DNA from: a virus
DNA length: 64,000 nucleotides
Virus record (IMG/VR): IMGVR_UViG_3300024052_000085
Location: 1 to 64,000 of that record
Direction: 5' to 3' (one strand)
The notes under the pieces were generated by a model, which saw nothing but the letters and a program-made list of their open reading frames with translations, ran no database searches and was not told the origin of the DNA. This document shows, piece by piece, positions 20,829 to 29,500 of this stretch. The position numbers and the translations under genes were made by a program. Numbering within the stretch: position 1 is the first letter of the stretch; each line of letters begins with the position of its first letter.

Positions 20829-20954
20829 TCTCTAGCTTTGCTAGAGAGGTACTGTTGATCGGGAAACCGGCATGAGGATCACCTCCCTCAAACTACCTCC
20901 CGTCACGTGTGGGGCCGGCTGTAATCGTGGTTATCAACAGTACCTCTCTAGTAA
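20829..20954 (+). ncRNA. structured sRNA candidate with anti-SD (CCUCC) motifs
   Basis: Perfect 19-bp closing stem 20841-20859 / 20933-20951; internal GGATCACCTCCCT and CTACCTCCC. Confidence 0.6.
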
Positions 20955-20971
20955 ATATAAAGGAGAAATAA

Positions 20972-21175
20972 ATGTTAACAACATTCGAAGAATTGCAAGT
21001 CTATCTTAGATCAGAACATCCATCAAGTCATAGTGTAGGGCCTTGTGTACTGTGTAGTGAAACAACTTCTGATAGATGTATTAGATGTAAAAAGTATTTC
21101 TGCGGAACTCATGTAGGACGTAAAGACTGTATCACCCCTAGAGATCTGTATGCAAATAAAATTGAAGATCGTTAA
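20972..21175 (+). CDS. small Zn-finger (AN1/B-box-like) protein
   Basis: CxxC...CxxC...CxxH...C. Confidence 0.55.
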   Translation: MLTTFEELQVYLRSEHPSSHSVGPCVLCSETTSDRCIRCKKYFCGTHVGRKDCITPRDLYANKIEDR

Positions 21176-21189
21176 GGAAGAGTTAAAGG

Positions 21190-22269
21190 ATGCTTATAGA
21201 GAGTTTACACGGAGAATCTCAATGGACCAGAAGTCCAATGACCAACGGAAATATAAGAATGTCAATGACAGAAAACTGTCCTAGACAACAAGTGTATGTC
21301 GCTTTGGGGATAGAACAAGACTATCCTGAGACTGGAAGATCTCAAATGGCTGCTGATGATGGTAATCTACATGAAGCTGATGTAGTAAATAGATTCTTAG
21401 CAGCTGGTTATCGTTGTTGGAATTACGGTGAAGACCAAGCTATGGTGCATTTTGAAAGGGATGGTGTACGCTTTAGAGGACATCCTGATTTATTCATGGA
21501 AACTCCCGAAGGTGAAGTAATAGGAGTAGAACTCAAAGGTTATAGAGATGAAACCTTTAGACAGTTCGTTCAAGGAGCTGTACAGACAGTTCCAGGAATG
21601 TGGTCTGTTTCAGATTGGTCTAAACTAACTAAGAGACCTTATCCTTTAATGGGTCAATTACAAATGTATCTTCATTCTGATACTTCTACTAGTTATGGAA
21701 TAGATAAATGGGTTCTAGTTATGAAGAATAAAAACACTGCAGAGCTAGCTGAGTGTATTATTACTAAAGATGACGATTATATTAATAGACTAATAAGAAA
21801 GTGGAAAGGTTTCTGGGCTTATATTGAAGCTGGAAGACTTCCAGATAGATTCTTTGGAGATGATAGCATAGAATGTCGAAGATGTCTGTTTCGTCAAAAG
21901 TGTTGGAATCTTGGTGAAGTATTTACTTCAAAAGAGGATGTAGTTCACGTTAAAGGTTTAGAGAAGTTTGCTTCTATGCGAAGAGAAGGAAGTCTTTTAA
22001 AGAAGGATGCTGAAGGCCTATTAGAAGAATCTAGAATGGCTTTTCTAACTGAACATATTAATAAAGAAGCTACTAGGATAGAGTGTGACGGTCTTACAAG
22101 TACTGTAAGCGAAAGAAATAGAAGAGGTTTAGATAGTACAGAAGTAAATAAGGTTCTGGCCTATATGCTAGAAAAAGGTAATATTGACGATCAACAATAT
22201 GATGATTGTTTTAATGATGTAAGTTATCAGGAGGTTAGATTTAAAGATGTTAAACCCCGAGATGCCTGA
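21190..22269 (+). CDS. Cas4-like PD-(D/E)xK exonuclease
   Basis: CPR, GHPD, ELK, QLQMY and C-terminal CRRC..RQKC cluster ligands. Confidence 0.8.
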   Translation: MLIESLHGESQWTRSPMTNGNIRMSMTENCPRQQVYVALGIEQDYPETGRSQMAADDGNLHEADVVNRFLAAGYRCWNYGEDQAMVHFERDGVRFRGHPDLFMETPEGEVIGVELKGYRDETFRQFVQGAVQTVPGMWSVSDWSKLTKRPYPLMGQLQMYLHSDTSTSYGIDKWVLVMKNKNTAELAECIITKDDDYINRLIRKWKGFWAYIEAGRLPDRFFGDDSIECRRCLFRQKCWNLGEVFTSKEDVVHVKGLEKFASMRREGSLLKKDAEGLLEESRMAFLTEHINKEATRIECDGLTSTVSERNRRGLDSTEVNKVLAYMLEKGNIDDQQYDDCFNDVSYQEVRFKDVKPRDA

Positions 22270-22627
22270 TACTAAGTCTATGAACTTTGAAGAATTGGTA
22301 GAGTATCGTAAAGGTATTGGTTATAATGTTTATGGAGTAGAATTAAGTTATGGCGTGATTGTAGATAGTGCTTACTATAAAGATGTTACATGGGAATGCA
22401 TAGAAGAATTAGCAGACGCTTTTGTATATTTAGACTTTGAAAGAGAAAAGTTGATAAACAGATCTTCTAAAGTAAATGTAAGAAGGATAGAATCTATTCA
22501 GAATAGAGTTAAAGACTGCGTAGTATTTATAAACAATTATAGAGACCTAATTAAAGAAAAATTTCCAGAACTTTTGGAGGATACATTACAAGATGAAATT
22601 CGCACCGGTACTGTCAGAGAAGTATGA
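22247..22627 (+). CDS. MazG-like all-alpha NTP pyrophosphohydrolase
   Basis: E..EELADA.VY motif. Confidence 0.55.
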   Translation: MLNPEMPDTKSMNFEELVEYRKGIGYNVYGVELSYGVIVDSAYYKDVTWECIEELADAFVYLDFEREKLINRSSKVNVRRIESIQNRVKDCVVFINNYRDLIKEKFPELLEDTLQDEIRTGTVREV

Positions 22628-23378
22628 TCCAGCTAAATATTCCAATTATCATTTAGTATTGGCAAATGAAGTTATTAGTGATAACAGTTACGCTAATTAT
22701 TATAGCTCACTCGCTATCGACCATACTATTATTCTAGATAGCGGAACTGTCGAAATAGGTTATGCAGATTCTGAAATGATATTTGCAGCAGTAGAGAAAT
22801 TAAATAGAGAAGTTATTGTAGTTGCTCCAGATTTCTTAGGAGATAAAGATCGTACAATATTAGAGACTGAAGACTTTCTAAGTCAGGATGGATGTCCTGG
22901 CAAAGATAATGTAATGATAGTACCTCAAGGTGAAACTCCTGAAGAGTGGATTGAATGTTTTGATTACTTAGATCTTAATTACAATGAAAAGTTTAAGTGG
23001 GTTGGGATCCCTAGGATATCAGAAGACTTTCCAGGAGGTAGAAGTTGGTTGTATCAAAATGTAATGCAGATACACCGTAGGAGGAGGAGTATGAATGATC
23101 AACCTAAAATTCATCTTTTGGGACTACAACATACTTTAGATGAGATAGAATGGGCAAAACATTTCAGTTCTAGAATTGTAGGTGTTGATAGCAGTGCTCC
23201 TCTTAAAGCCGCAGAAATTAACGTTTTATGTTCTGAAGTTGTAGACTTTAGATTACTTACAGATATAAATGTAAATCCTTCAGAGGATTTAGTAGCCGAA
23301 AGAATACAAGAAATGGTTGAATATACTTCTTTCAGATGGAGTGTTAAAACTCAGGGAGAATTAATAAATGGAGCCTAA
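22593..23378 (+). CDS. DpdA-like TGT-fold DNA base-exchange (transglycosylase) protein
   Basis: ILDSG, APD..GD, VPQG, IHLLG, GVDSS motifs in TGT order; que gene context. Confidence 0.7.
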   Translation: MKFAPVLSEKYDPAKYSNYHLVLANEVISDNSYANYYSSLAIDHTIILDSGTVEIGYADSEMIFAAVEKLNREVIVVAPDFLGDKDRTILETEDFLSQDGCPGKDNVMIVPQGETPEEWIECFDYLDLNYNEKFKWVGIPRISEDFPGGRSWLYQNVMQIHRRRRSMNDQPKIHLLGLQHTLDEIEWAKHFSSRIVGVDSSAPLKAAEINVLCSEVVDFRLLTDINVNPSEDLVAERIQEMVEYTSFRWSVKTQGELINGA

Positions 23379-25812
23379 ATATCCTGGATGTAATTGCGAA
23401 GAGTGTCCTTTAAAAGATGAAGGTTTTGTTCCACCTAGCGGACCTGAAGATTCTGATATCTTATTTATAGGACAAGCTCCTGCATATTACGAAGTTAGGA
23501 GTGGTAAACCCTTCTCAGGACCTTCAGGTAGTGTACTCGATGGTTCTCTAGAGAGTGTAGGATTACGTCGAGAAGACGTAAGAACAGATAATAGTGTACT
23601 TTGCTTTAATGCAGCAGGTTCAGGAGATCCTTCAATAGCTGCAGTAAGAGCATGTAATGGGCACATTAAAGAGGCTTTAAGTAAATCTAAATATGTTGTA
23701 CCTATGGGCAATAGTGCTTTAACTGCTATCTTTGATAAAGAAGTTGAAGGAATAACTCAATATGCTAATACACTATTCAGGCATAACGATAATATTATTC
23801 TTCCGCTAATACATCCAGCATTTTATCTTAGACAGTCAGGTGAAATGTTTAGAGACTTTTTAGAGGGTATGGCTCTACTCAAAGATCAAATAGACGGAGG
23901 TACTCTTTGGAATGACTTAGACTTTAAGTTTACAGTATTTAGGACTGTAGATGAAGTGATTCCTTTTCTAGAGAACCTCAGAGATAATCCTCCAGAGACT
24001 CTTGCAGTTGACTTAGAAACAGATTTCCCAGATCCCGTAAGAGGTGTTATAACAGGTGTTTCGCTTTGTAGTAGATATGATGAGGCTTTTATTATTCCTT
24101 GGGACTCTAACTATTTGGAAAGTCACGGAAGCGATATTGAACCGCTTTTGGAATATCAAAACGTCTTCGACTTGCTCAAAGAAGCTTTAGAAGCTCAAGA
24201 TGGAGTAGTAATGCATAATGCTCCTTTCGATGCAAGACTATTACGTCGAGAGGGTATAAATATTAGAGTCAGAGATGACAGTCTTTTAATGCATTATGCT
24301 TTAGATGAAAGAGCAACATCTCAAGGATTAAAGAAAGTTGCTAAAGTAATGTTAGGTATTCAAGATTGGGAATCTGATCTTAAACAATACTTACCTAATA
24401 AGGCCGCTCCGTATACTATGATACCTCCTGAAGTATTATATCCTTATGCTGCTAGGGATGCATGCTATACTTTAGTCTTGAGAGATTTACTTAGGAAACG
24501 TTTAGATGCTCCGGGAAACGAAGGTCCGTCATCTTTATACGAAAATATCTTAACTCCTTGTAACGAACTACTAATGGCTCTTAGTTTAGAAGGCGTGTCT
24601 ATGGATTCGCAAATTCTTGTAGACGCTATGACTGAGATGCCTGCTAAGCTTACAGAGCTAGAAAAAGAATTAGAAGAGTTGTCAGGAGATAGATGGTTTA
24701 ATCCTAGAAGCCCTAAACAGATTTCTGAAGTTATGTTTGGAAAACTTGGATTGAGACAGATTAATGGAACTAGTACAAATAAAGAAGTATTAGAACAGCT
24801 CTCTGGAGAACATGCTTTTGTAGATACTCTTATAGAGTATAGACAGTATCTAAAAGTATCTTCTACCTATATGGAAAACTTTGCTAAGAGTTACCAAAAT
24901 GGTAAAGGTTATCCAGATCTAAGATTATTTGGAACTGTTACAGGAAGGTTAAGTGGTAGTAAACTTAATCCTCTTACAATGCCTAGAGAGAGTAGAGGTG
25001 ATTTATATCGTTCTATAAAGAATGTATTTATAGCAGATCCAGATTGTTTCTTATGGGCTTCAGATTACAGAGCTGCTGAATTAAGAGTTATGGCTGTATT
25101 AGCAAACGATGATTGGTTAATAGAACAATTAAGTAGTCCTGATATAGATTTTCACTCTATAATGGCTGAACAAATATTCGGCGAAGAATTTATGGGTGCG
25201 GATAAATCCAGACAGAAGGAACTTCGAGTTATAGCAAAGATGTTCGTCTTTGGTCTTAACTATGGAAGAGAAGCTCCCTCAATAGCTAAACAGTTAGGTT
25301 GCGGCATTAATGAAGCTACTGATTTAATAGCAAAATATTTTAAACCAATGCCTAACGTATTAGCATGGCGTAAAGAAATGGAACGTACAGCTGTTGAAGA
25401 TGAATATCTAGAGAATCCTTTTGGAAGACGAAGACGCTTTTCTTTAATAACAAAAGATAATATTCATGATATAAAGAAGCAAGCTATTAACTCTCCAGTA
25501 CAAGCTACAGCTAATGATCTTAACTTACTAACTATGGAAAGGATTAGAAGAGAGCTTGGACCTGAAGTAAGAACATTATGGCCAGTACATGATAGTATAC
25601 TAATGAATGTTAAGGAGACAGTACCTAACGAAACACTATATGATCTAAGAGATATACTGTTTAAATATCCCAGTGAATTACTAAAGACAAGACTTCCTTT
25701 CTTTATTGATATCGCAGTAGGATATGCTTGGGGAACCTTAAAAGAAGTTAATGAAATTGAAGAGATTAAGGGTGCTTTAGCTCAACTCACACCTAGCAAC
25801 TCAGCATCATAG
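23368..25812 (+). CDS. polA: family A DNA polymerase with N-terminal family-4 UDG-like domain and 3'-5' exonuclease
   Basis: CxxCPL, GQAP, PFSG.SG, HPAF (UDG); DLET, HNAPFD, YAARD (exo); TGRLS, DYRAAELR, AKMFVFGLNYG, NSPVQ, VHDS. Confidence 0.93.
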   Translation: MEPKYPGCNCEECPLKDEGFVPPSGPEDSDILFIGQAPAYYEVRSGKPFSGPSGSVLDGSLESVGLRREDVRTDNSVLCFNAAGSGDPSIAAVRACNGHIKEALSKSKYVVPMGNSALTAIFDKEVEGITQYANTLFRHNDNIILPLIHPAFYLRQSGEMFRDFLEGMALLKDQIDGGTLWNDLDFKFTVFRTVDEVIPFLENLRDNPPETLAVDLETDFPDPVRGVITGVSLCSRYDEAFIIPWDSNYLESHGSDIEPLLEYQNVFDLLKEALEAQDGVVMHNAPFDARLLRREGINIRVRDDSLLMHYALDERATSQGLKKVAKVMLGIQDWESDLKQYLPNKAAPYTMIPPEVLYPYAARDACYTLVLRDLLRKRLDAPGNEGPSSLYENILTPCNELLMALSLEGVSMDSQILVDAMTEMPAKLTELEKELEELSGDRWFNPRSPKQISEVMFGKLGLRQINGTSTNKEVLEQLSGEHAFVDTLIEYRQYLKVSSTYMENFAKSYQNGKGYPDLRLFGTVTGRLSGSKLNPLTMPRESRGDLYRSIKNVFIADPDCFLWASDYRAAELRVMAVLANDDWLIEQLSSPDIDFHSIMAEQIFGEEFMGADKSRQKELRVIAKMFVFGLNYGREAPSIAKQLGCGINEATDLIAKYFKPMPNVLAWRKEMERTAVEDEYLENPFGRRRRFSLITKDNIHDIKKQAINSPVQATANDLNLLTMERIRRELGPEVRTLWPVHDSILMNVKETVPNETLYDLRDILFKYPSELLKTRLPFFIDIAVGYAWGTLKEVNEIEEIKGALAQLTPSNSAS

Positions 25813-25818
25813 TAAGGT

Positions 25819-25848
25819 TTGAATGTTTAAAAGAAGCATCCCTATAAT
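25819..25848 (+). promoter_or_regulatory. sigma70-like promoter for the capsid operon
   Basis: TTGAAT-N18-TATAAT in the intergenic gap. Confidence 0.65.
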
Positions 25849-25896
25849 TAATTAAGGTGTTACACACTATTTACTTTTTTATGGAGGTAGTCAATC

Positions 25897-25986
25897 GTGG
25901 CTAAAGTTAAAGGATACTCTTACAAACGGAAGGGTAAAACCATCCGAGTAAAGGGTTACAGTCGCAAAAAGTCCAAGAAACGCTAG
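25897..25986 (+). CDS. 29-aa highly basic peptide (MAKVKGYSYKRKGKTIRVKGYSRKKSKKR), candidate DNA-condensing virion protein; not in the ORF track
   Basis: GTG start after GGAGGT; VKGYS occurs twice; first gene of the capsid operon. Confidence 0.75.
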   Translation: MAKVKGYSYKRKGKTIRVKGYSRKKSKKR

Positions 25987-26038
25987 TCTTGACTACTTTG
26001 GACATTAAAGTTAAAATATTGAAAGGAGGGAACACCTT

Positions 26039-26239
26039 ATGATTGAGTCAGTTATTAACGCTTTGGTTGCAGGTCTGATCGGCACGATTTCTTTTGTAGT
26101 TATCAAGAGTGTCGTTGCGGCTCAGAACACCACAGGTTGGTCTGCAGCTGAAATTGCCATCGTGACAATTATTCCTGTTGTTCTGGCGATCTTGGTCGTC
26201 GTCGGCATGTTTATGGGTCTCACGAAGCTTCGTTCCTAA
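26039..26239 (+). CDS. putative major capsid/coat protein 1 (66 aa, two hydrophobic helices, spindle-virus-like)
   Basis: Hydrophobic helix, QNTTGWS turn, hydrophobic helix with IP, basic tail; AAGGAGG RBS. Confidence 0.7.
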   Translation: MIESVINALVAGLIGTISFVVIKSVVAAQNTTGWSAAEIAIVTIIPVVLAILVVVGMFMGLTKLRS

Positions 26240-26287
26240 GTGGAAAATCCTATTAGGCAAAATTTTGAAAAAGGAGGTTAACTTATT

Positions 26288-26488
26288 ATGATTGAGTCAG
26301 TTATTAATGCTCTAGTCGCAGGTTTGATTGGTACGATCTCCTTCGTTGTAATTAAGTCTGTTGTTGCAGCCCAGAACACTACAGGCTGGAGTGCAGCTGA
26401 GATTGCTATCGTAACTATTATCCCTGTTGTACTCGCGATTCTCGTAGTTGTGGGTATGTTTATGGGACTAACTAAGATGCGAGCTTAG
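26288..26488 (+). CDS. putative major capsid/coat protein 2 (64/66 aa identical to copy 1)
   Basis: Tandem paralog; AAGGAGGT RBS. Confidence 0.7.
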   Translation: MIESVINALVAGLIGTISFVVIKSVVAAQNTTGWSAAEIAIVTIIPVVLAILVVVGMFMGLTKMRA

Positions 26489-26518
26489 GGTTAACTATGG
26501 GCTGATTGCCCAGGGTAT

Positions 26519-26563
26519 TGGGGATTCAGAACTTTTCGTAGCTGTTCTGGATCCCCATTTTTT
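26519..26563 (+). terminator. intrinsic terminator after the capsid genes
   Basis: TGGGGATTCAGAAC...GTTCTGGATCCCCA followed by T6. Confidence 0.85.
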
Positions 26564-26580
26564 ATTCTAGGAGTTTCCAA

Positions 26581-29500
26581 ATGGGTCTTGATCATAGGTT
26601 TGGGGGAGATCATCCTCTTTCTTCTGGTCCTGCTAATGTACCAGAGCCTGAAGAATTACAACAAATTACAGAATCTGAACCTGAATCTGTAGATACTTAT
26701 GAACCGCCTGAAATGATCTCTTCAGGTATTCATGAAGTGTTTACTCAGGAAGATATTGATTCTGCAGCTGATGATTGGCAAGATATAATGGATGCTCAGG
26801 AGCCAGATCCAGAACCTGAGTATGAACCAGATCCTGAACCTGATCCTATACCTGAACCTGTTGAAACTTTTATAGAAGATGACATCTTTTTCGATCAAAC
26901 TGCTTCAGATGAAGAATATGAAGAGATAATAGATGCTGCTATTGAAGCAGCTATAGAAGAGCCTGTTGTAATAGTTCCTGCACCTGCTATAGGACCTCAG
27001 GAATCCGAACTTCCATTTATAGCTCCTCCTGACGAAATTATACTTCCTGATTCAGTTACATCTGAAAGTCAAGAAGAGACTGAAACTAACGTTGAACTAG
27101 CTACTATTGCATTACAGACTGAGAAAGATTTATTAATAGTAGAAACTCAAAATGATAACTTTGAAGAACTTGTTGAAAATATAGAAACAGTAACGGCTTC
27201 AGACGTGTTTAGGCAAGAAGCTGTAGGTAGTATTACTTCAGAACAAGCTGCTACTGTTTTAACTGAGATTAAAGGTAATCAAGAACAAGAACAACACGCT
27301 GCTCAGGTAGAGGCTTTAAGGCCTGCTACAGAGATTCAAGAAAGCTTAACAACCTTAATCGAAATGGAAGGTGAAGGTTCAAGTTTCTTCTCTACCGTAA
27401 ATAATCACTTTACAAGACATGTAGAATCTAGAACTGAAAGAGGTCTAGTTACTGATGAGGCTGAAGCAACTAGACTTTTTGAAACTATCCGAGATCAGTT
27501 AGCTCCTCAGTTAAAAGATCAGATAACCCACTTAGTATCTTCGGGAAACACTAGTATTATAAATGCTCTAGATCATGGTTTTACTGAGAGAGAACTTAGA
27601 GATTTTGGTTACACTACTGAACACTATCAAAATGCAGTAGAAACTAGAACTATTAGAGACGCTGTTATTATCAGCCATCAAGGAAATGTAATAGAGGCAC
27701 TTGTAAAGAGTGAAGATGTTACAGAAGATAATTTAATTAAATTATATTCTGAAGAGACTGTAGCTCAAATAGTTAACGTTTCTAACTTCGCAGACTCTGA
27801 AGGAATTGTAGATCCTTATGCTGCTATAGTTACAGATTCTGACAACATAGCAGAAGATCTTAAATTGTTCTTTAACGAAGATTTTATAGATACTCTAGGA
27901 GAAGTTAGTGAGTATATTGAAGTTGGAGAAGAGGGTGAAGAGTCTTTAGTAAATGCAGAAAGTTACGTTAGAGACAGCCTTGAAGATGGTGATCTAGAAG
28001 TAGTAGAAGAGAATCTAACTAAGTTAGGTTTCTCTAATGCTTCATCTTATATCGAAAGCGTACAGACAATTGTAAAGGCCGAAATTGCTACAGATGTAAT
28101 TGAAGAAGCTATAGGTATAGAAGATCTAAATAATTTCGAACCAGATAATAAAACTAGATCCAGTAAAATATTTACATTATATGCAAGAACAGAAAATTCT
28201 GATTCCCAAGTATTAGTAGACTACGGTTATCCTGAAGATATTTCTGAAGGTATAATAGTAGTTAAAGATTTTATTGATACTGAAGGTGTTTTAGATTCTT
28301 ATGGTGCTGCTCTAGGTGGTAAGACTAAAGAAGAACTAGAGGGTGCTGGTATTACAGAAGCTGATGCTAATTCAGCCACTCAATGGGGTCGAGTATCTAG
28401 AGCTATTTATGCAGATATTGGAGTACGTCCAGAAAATGTTACTCCTCTACAAGCAGCTAAATCTCAAGGTATTTATGGTACTTCAATACTATTTGGAGAT
28501 AACATTGCTTGGGCTGCAATGCATACTGTTCCACATCTTACTAAAGATGGTACCTTACTACCTCAAGTAGCTATGGCTAACGGTTTAAATAGTAATCATT
28601 TAATTACTTTGGGCGTTCCGGAAGAGAGAGTAAGGAATCTTCGAACTTTATCTACGTACTTTAATAAAGATAATAGAGAATACGATACCGCTTTAATGTG
28701 GTCAGATCCAGAAGCTCGAGAAGCAATCTTAAATCTAGCTCCTCAAGATACCGATAGTTTAGAATCAGCTTTTAAGTTCGGAGAAGCTAGAGAAACCTTT
28801 AGACTATCTTTTGGTATTGATTCGTATTCAGACGATCCAGGAATAGATGCTCCTACAGACCTCAGTACTGCTACTCCTATAGCTTTTATTCATCAAGGCG
28901 GTGATCCTCAAGTTCTTAAAGATATGACTGTCGATCCCGAAACTGTAGATGCGATAGTTACTTTAAATAACTTTGGAACGATATCTAGAGAAGGTAGTAT
29001 AGATATTAGAAGATCTATGGATCATAACGAAGCTGAACCTGATAAAGGAATTAAAGCTGCGTTAAGAACTTTAGAAGTGTCTTGGGAAGATATAAACAAA
29101 CAAGAGAAAAGAATAGAAGAAGCTCCTTTAGTAAGAGCTGCTCAATCTAGACTTGGATTAACTGATAGTAGTCTGCCTGATGAGATAACAGGAGATGTTA
29201 GTACTTTTAATCCTACTAAATACTATCTAGAAAACGGTCCTGAAGATTTTACAATTGCAAAGTTTAAACCTGAATACGTTGAAGCTTTAGAAACTTTATA
29301 TAACAACGATAGAATAGCTTCTGATGGCTCGCTGTTAATAGGTAATTTAATCACTCTTAAAGATGATTTTACTACTGAATGGGTTCCTGCTGCAATACCT
29401 TTAGAAAACGAAGAGTATCAAGCTTTAACTACTTTAGGAGTCGATGTAACTGAGATTCCAGAGTATGAAAGCTATATGCATTCTTTAGTAAAGACTGAAG

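Noticed and set aside
20876-20888. 16S rRNA gene fragment
   Set aside because: Only about 11 nt match the 16S 3' end and the flanks are not rRNA-like; treated as an sRNA motif instead.
20829-20954. preQ1 riboswitch near the que genes
   Set aside because: No preQ1-I/II consensus is recognisable, and the element lies downstream of folE rather than in a que leader.
21190-22269. Cas4-like gene as evidence of a CRISPR-Cas system
   Set aside because: No repeat-spacer array or other cas genes seen; stand-alone Cas4-like exonucleases are common in viral recombination modules.
26039-26488. Assembly artefact explaining the duplicated 66-aa gene
   Set aside because: The copies differ at more than half of their codons and have different flanks.
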